DNA from: an uncultured candidate division Zixibacteria bacterium
Lineage (GTDB): Bacteria; Zixibacteria; MSB-5A5; GN15; FEB-12
Direction of reading: 5' to 3'
Assembly: GCA_963806185.1 (NCBI GenBank)
Contig: CAWDXE010000007.1
Span: 512,001 to 576,000, forward strand
Length of the DNA: 64,000 nt
Made by a program: the position numbers and the translations under genes. Of this stretch, positions 59,518-64,000 are shown one piece after another (the first letter of the stretch is position 1; every line of letters starts with the position of its first letter). The notes beneath the pieces are model-generated. The model was not told where the DNA came from and ran no database searches. It saw nothing but the letters and a program-made list of their open reading frames with translations.

Positions 59518-60732
59518 CTATTTGCTGAAGACGTGGATTAAGTTCCACATTGGCAGGAAGATGGCCAGAGCCAGAATCAGGACAAGGGCGCCGAGAACGA
59601 GAGTCAGAATAGGCTCGATAATAGCCGTCAGGTGACGCGAGGTATACATCACCTGCTTGGTATAGTGGTCGCCGGTCTCCTTAAGCATCGTCTCCAGATT
59701 TCCGGATTCGAGACCGATGGCGATCATTTGCAGTGCCTGCTGCGGGAAGTGCCTGAATTGACCTTCGACCTCGTTCAATTCCTTGCCACGGCGGAAAAGT
59801 TCATCCAGGCTTTTCACCTCGAGCGCGAAGGCCGTGTTCCTGAGTGTTGCGGTGAGGATATCCAGACAACGAATGACCGGCAGACCGGCGTTGAAGAGGA
59901 TTCGGAACATCAGGCAGAAGCGAGCGGTGTTGCCCCGAATGACGAGGTCTCCCAGAACCGGTAACGTGAGCATCTTGCGATCCCACCACAGTCTGCCTTT
60001 GGGCGAGGCGAGCAGTCGGCGAAAACCGTAAAAAATCAGTCCGAGGGCCGCCAGCATCACCATCCAGTAAGTGGAAGCAAAGTGACTGACGGCAATGATC
60101 AGGCGCGTCGGCAGCGGCAACTGGGATCCGAACGCGGCGTAAAACGAGACGAAACGGGGGACGACGAAGATCATAAGGACGGCAATGGCCGCAAAGATGA
60201 CGCTCATGACAATCAAGGGATACCGCACGGCCGACTTGATTTCGCGGGTCAACTCGAGTTCGCGTTCCAGCATGAGCGCCATTTCATCGAGGGTCATATC
60301 GAGCTTGCCGGACTCTTCGCCGGCGGCAATACTGGCGGTATACACCTTGTTGAAGTACTGCGGATGTTCCGCCATGGCTTCGGAGAGGGACTTGCCCGAT
60401 TGCACGGCCGTTCGGATAGTTTCGATGGTTTGATTAAACGGGCCGATGGCACGGCCGATCCGGACGATCGAGAGGATGCGAAGGAGCGGGATGCCGGCTC
60501 GATACATGGTAGCCACGGAATTGGTGAACATGATGAGCAGTTCGTAATCCTGCTTTCGGCTAAATGCGAAAACCGAAAATGGCCTTGCGTCGCGGACGGC
60601 CGTGATGGACACAGGCAGGAGCTGCTGGCCGCCCAGATACTCTTCGACCTGTTCCGACCCTACGGCGGTGATAGTGCCGGTCCGCTCGCGTCCCTCGGCA
60701 GTAACCGCCCGGTACTTAAATCGGGTCTGCAT
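59518..60732 (-). CDS. pilC: Type IV pilus/T2SS inner-membrane platform protein (PilC/GspF/MshG)
   Basis: AGIPL, GKSLSEAM, AGEESGKL, SAVRYP, LPLPTR and IEPILT..AIFLPM. Confidence 0.9.
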   Translation of the reverse strand: MQTRFKYRAVTAEGRERTGTITAVGSEQVEEYLGGQQLLPVSITAVRDARPFSVFAFSRKQDYELLIMFTNSVATMYRAGIPLLRILSIVRIGRAIGPFNQTIETIRTAVQSGKSLSEAMAEHPQYFNKVYTASIAAGEESGKLDMTLDEMALMLERELELTREIKSAVRYPLIVMSVIFAAIAVLMIFVVPRFVSFYAAFGSQLPLPTRLIIAVSHFASTYWMVMLAALGLIFYGFRRLLASPKGRLWWDRKMLTLPVLGDLVIRGNTARFCLMFRILFNAGLPVIRCLDILTATLRNTAFALEVKSLDELFRRGKELNEVEGQFRHFPQQALQMIAIGLESGNLETMLKETGDHYTKQVMYTSRHLTAIIEPILTLVLGALVLILALAIFLPMWNLIHVFSK

Positions 60733-62458
60733 GAGTCACCTCGGTCGAGCGCGGCTGGCCGTAGCTGGCAAAGTAATCTTCGATGTTGGATGTTTCCTTG
60801 AGGAGTTCTTCGAGACAGACGCGCCCCTCGTTCACCGATTGCAGTCCGGCTTCGAAGAGTGGAAGGTACCCGTGGCGGCGGCCCACATCGCGAATAAGGC
60901 GAAGCGAGCTATTGCTGAGAATCAGTTCGGCAATCGGCTGGCTGATTTCCAGATATTCAAAAACGCCGGTCATCCCGGAGAAACCGGTGCCCTTGCATTG
61001 CGCGCAGCCGATCCCTTTGTAAAACGTGATCGTGCCGGCGATTTCGCGGATGCCGGCGCGATCGAGTAAGGTTTCCGATGGGGTGTAGGTTTCGTTGCAG
61101 TGAGGGCAATTGGTCCTCACCAGGCGCTGCGCAAGCACCCCTTTGATGGCCGCGGCCAGAAGGTACGGCTCGACACCCATGTCGATAAGGCGGGTGATGG
61201 CGGACGGTGCATCGTTGGTGTGAATGGTCGAGAAGACCAGGTGTCCGGTGAGGGCCGACCGGATGGCCATCCGGGCCGTTTCCGTGTCGCGGATTTCGCC
61301 GATCATGACGACATCGGGATTCTGGCGGAGAATGGCACGCAGGGCAGAGGGGAATGTCAGGCCGGCTTTCTCGTTGATCTGAATCTGGTTGATCAACGGA
61401 AGGGAATACTCCACCGGGTCTTCGACGGTAATGATGTTCTTCTCTATGGAATTGATTTCCTGCAGAGTGGTGTACAGGGTCGATGTCTTTCCGCTCGAGG
61501 TCGGTCCCGAGATGAGGATGAGTCCTTCCGGTTTGCGAATGATATGGCCCCAAAATTCAATCAAACGTTCGGTGAAGCCGAGCTGGCGGAAATTCAGGCG
61601 CAGATTGCGGCGATCGAGAATGCGGATGACGATTTTCTCGCCGTGGATGGTCGGCAGGGTGGAAATGCGAAGGTCGATCGGGGTGCCTTCGACTTTCATG
61701 ATGAAGCGACCGTCCTGCGGCAGTCGTTTCTCCGAGACGTCGAGATCGGCGGCGATCTTGATGCGCGAGATGACTTCGCTCTGCATCGATTTGGGAGGCG
61801 CGGCTTCCTCGCGCATGACGCCGTTGATCCGGTAGCGGATACGCAGCGTGGCCTCATCCGGCTCGATGTGAATGTCGCTGGCCCGTTCGGATACCGCCCG
61901 CGCGATAATCAGGTTGACCAATTTGATGATCGGCGACTCAGCTTCGAGTTTTTCCTCGATCGCTTCCTTCTCGGCCAGATCAATTTCGGTGGTGTCACGA
62001 TGTCCGCCGATGAGATGGTTCAGGGAGTCGGCCACCGAGTAGTACTGATCAATGGCGTGTCGTATCTCCTGACTGGTGGCGATGGCGCGCTTGATATCGC
62101 TGCGGGTCTGGTATTTGATTTCGTCGATAGCGATAATGTTGAGCGGATCGGCCATGGCGAGCGTCAGCGTATTGCCGATGGCGAAGATGGGGATGACGGT
62201 ATAGCGCCGCGCGACGTCGACACTGACGCGCTGAATGACAGCGGGATCGATGACCATCTGGGCGAGTGAAACCTTGGGAATGTCCAGGCGTTCGCTGACG
62301 GTGTCCATCAACTGATCTTCACTGATCAGCCCGCTCTCGACGAGAATCTGTCCCAATCGCTTGCCGGTCGCGGCCTGAAGTCGCAATCCTTCTTCAAGTT
62401 GATTCGAGGAGATCAGGCCCCGGTCGACGAGCAAATCACCGATCTTTTTTCTTGCCAT
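60716..62458 (-). CDS. pilB: Type IV pilus assembly ATPase (PilB/GspE/MshE) with N-terminal MshEN motifs
   Basis: KIGDLLVDRGLI..LRLQ..RLGQILVESGLI; ASDIHIEP, PQDGR, GPTSSGKT, EDPVE, LRQNPD, GEIRD, TGHLVFST and a tetracysteine motif. Confidence 0.92.
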   Translation of the reverse strand: MARKKIGDLLVDRGLISSNQLEEGLRLQAATGKRLGQILVESGLISEDQLMDTVSERLDIPKVSLAQMVIDPAVIQRVSVDVARRYTVIPIFAIGNTLTLAMADPLNIIAIDEIKYQTRSDIKRAIATSQEIRHAIDQYYSVADSLNHLIGGHRDTTEIDLAEKEAIEEKLEAESPIIKLVNLIIARAVSERASDIHIEPDEATLRIRYRINGVMREEAAPPKSMQSEVISRIKIAADLDVSEKRLPQDGRFIMKVEGTPIDLRISTLPTIHGEKIVIRILDRRNLRLNFRQLGFTERLIEFWGHIIRKPEGLILISGPTSSGKTSTLYTTLQEINSIEKNIITVEDPVEYSLPLINQIQINEKAGLTFPSALRAILRQNPDVVMIGEIRDTETARMAIRSALTGHLVFSTIHTNDAPSAITRLIDMGVEPYLLAAAIKGVLAQRLVRTNCPHCNETYTPSETLLDRAGIREIAGTITFYKGIGCAQCKGTGFSGMTGVFEYLEISQPIAELILSNSSLRLIRDVGRRHGYLPLFEAGLQSVNEGRVCLEELLKETSNIEDYFASYGQPRSTEVTHADPI

Positions 62459-62496
62459 TACTGCAGCGCCAACTATGGTTACAGGTTGTTCCTCCT

Positions 62497-62524
62497 GTAT
62501 CGGTAGGGGCAGTTGACCCCTTGA
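62497..62524 (-). promoter_or_regulatory. Putative sigma28-type promoter of the pilB operon
   Basis: Minus strand TCAA-N16-ACCGATAC, 38 nt before ATG 62458. Confidence 0.5.
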
Positions 62525-62603
62525 GCCGGTCAAGGAGACGGCGTTAAGGGGCCGACAGGCCGGTTGGGCTGGGGCGGGAAATTTCGAACTGCTATAAGGG
62601 TCT

Positions 62604-64000
62604 GTGGCGATACGTACTTACCTGATCGCGCTCTCATCTTTGCTGGCGCTGCATAGCGGCGGCTTCCTAAAAGTTCAGGCACAGCCGCAAGCTGGGCGAG
62701 TTGATCGAACGCCCATGTATCGAGCGGCTGAGGGCATGCCTATTGACAGCATCATTATCGAGACACGAAACATCTACAATCTGGACGATCCGAGATACGA
62801 CAACTTCTTGTTCCGCACCGCCAATCGGCTGCACATCGTAACCAAGAGCGGGGCTGTTCGCCGGGAACTGCTGTTTCACGCCGGCGAGCCGTTTTCGGCC
62901 GACGCGGCCGAGGAAACGGCGCGCAATCTGCGGACTCGACTCGCGGTCAACACGGCTTGGATTGAACCTGAGCGATTACCCAACGGCCACCTTCGGGTTC
63001 GCGTTATCACCGTCGATCAATGGAGCCTGCTGGCATCGCTGGATATCGCCCGCGAAGGGTATGGGACCAATTATCGAATTGGCTTTGAGGAACGGAATTT
63101 TCTCGGCAACCACCAGTTCTGGTCGTTTGATTACAGCGTCCAGGCGCGTGACGACAACTTTCATGTCGCCACTTTCCGGGACTCGCGATTTCTCGGGTTG
63201 CCTATGCAGGTGGTGTTCACCGATCAGAATGATCCGATCAACTCCATTCGCCAGGTGACGCTGGCTCATCCGTACTACAATCTGACCCAGCGTTTTTCCG
63301 TCTCGGGAACGACGGCCAGTACAAGTGCCCGCGAGGACGTGTATCGGGAAGGGGAGCTGATAGCCCAATGGTACGATCAGGGCGAGTTCACGACGCTCAA
63401 CGGCGACTACCGATGGGGACCGCGGTACGTAAAAATTGGCGTCGGCGGGGGATATACTTATCGCCATACGGGGATTTCCGATCGGCGCGTTCGCGTCGGC
63501 ACCGATCCGACGTCGATTCACTTTCCGGAGGATTCCACATATCATCTCTTCATGTCGAGTGTGTCGCTATCCACGGTGAAGTTCGCGATCGTATCGCGAA
63601 TTCAGCGGGCCGTGTATCCGGAGGACATCACCTTGGGCGTCAATCTGCAGGCGGGGTACGGCCGGGCGTTTACGCCCGACTTTGACAAGTACTACTACGA
63701 CGTTGTCACACTTGACGGATCCACGCTGCAGAAGTTCGGCTCCAATCTGATTGGGTGTGGACTTGCCCAGGAGTACCAGTTCAAAGGCGCCAGGTATTTC
63801 CGGCGGGAGACCAATTATTCGCTGAAGTTCTACAACAATGGTCTGTCGTGGTTTACCCTGGCCTCGCAGGCAAGATATTCGAGAGAATGGCGATCAGACG
63901 GGCTGGGTACTTTGCAGCTTGGCGGGCGAACCGGGATCAGGGGGTATGATCCGTTTTACCGGACCGGTTCTTCGCTGGCCGTCCTGAACCTCGAAGGGCG
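62604..64000 (+). CDS. Omp85/BamA-TamA-family outer-membrane protein with POTRA-like domain, 3'-partial (absent from the ORF track)
   Basis: Read by eye as open to the window end: ANRLHIVTK..VRRELLF..EETARNLR, VITVDQWSL, EERNFLG and GGRTGIRGY. Confidence 0.85.
   Translation, partial: MAIRTYLIALSSLLALHSGGFLKVQAQPQAGRVDRTPMYRAAEGMPIDSIIIETRNIYNLDDPRYDNFLFRTANRLHIVTKSGAVRRELLFHAGEPFSADAAEETARNLRTRLAVNTAWIEPERLPNGHLRVRVITVDQWSLLASLDIAREGYGTNYRIGFEERNFLGNHQFWSFDYSVQARDDNFHVATFRDSRFLGLPMQVVFTDQNDPINSIRQVTLAHPYYNLTQRFSVSGTTASTSAREDVYREGELIAQWYDQGEFTTLNGDYRWGPRYVKIGVGGGYTYRHTGISDRRVRVGTDPTSIHFPEDSTYHLFMSSVSLSTVKFAIVSRIQRAVYPEDITLGVNLQAGYGRAFTPDFDKYYYDVVTLDGSTLQKFGSNLIGCGLAQEYQFKGARYFRRETNYSLKFYNNGLSWFTLASQARYSREWRSDGLGTLQLGGRTGIRGYDPFYRTGSSLAVLNLEG

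Noticed and set aside
61487..61510. PilB Walker A variant GPTSSGKT taken as an inactive ATPase
   Set aside because: It still fits GxxxxGKT, and all other ATPase boxes are intact.

Overview
A GC-rich bacterial core-chromosome window. The FlgD-Ig/'NYPNPFN' C-terminal domain, cohesin-like domain and bS22-like peptide suggest an FCB-group lineage such as Zixibacteria; this is inference only. In order it holds: the end of an exopolysaccharide locus, lapA/lapB-SPOR-mutS-mutL-miaA, an MltD-like transglycosylase with sppA, hup and a bS22-like peptide, secreted repeat proteins, purE/purD, a sigma54 activator with a downstream lipoprotein-DUF4384 operon, hrcA-grpE-dnaK-dnaJ-prmA-rsmE-pilD-histidine kinase, efp-rnhC, a GAF protein, an FMN riboswitch with ribD-ribE-ribBA-ribH-nusB, a DUF2723/GT4/flippase glycosylation trio, a sigma region-4-only gene followed by a structured RNA and a small ORF, ZIP-rhodanese-MauE, a minus-strand type IV pilus/T2SS cluster, and a partial Omp85 gene. 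I saw no tRNA, rRNA, CRISPR array or transposase. Several genes are broken by single-base insertions, most likely consensus errors. Two observations stand out. (1) Six sigma28/FliA-like promoters sit in front of pilus-related, signalling and cell-wall genes, suggesting a pilus-centred sigma28 regulon. (2) The sigma4-only protein, structured leader RNA, 57-aa ORF and terminator at 51.9-52.7 kb may form one unit. All calls were made by eye, without database searches.
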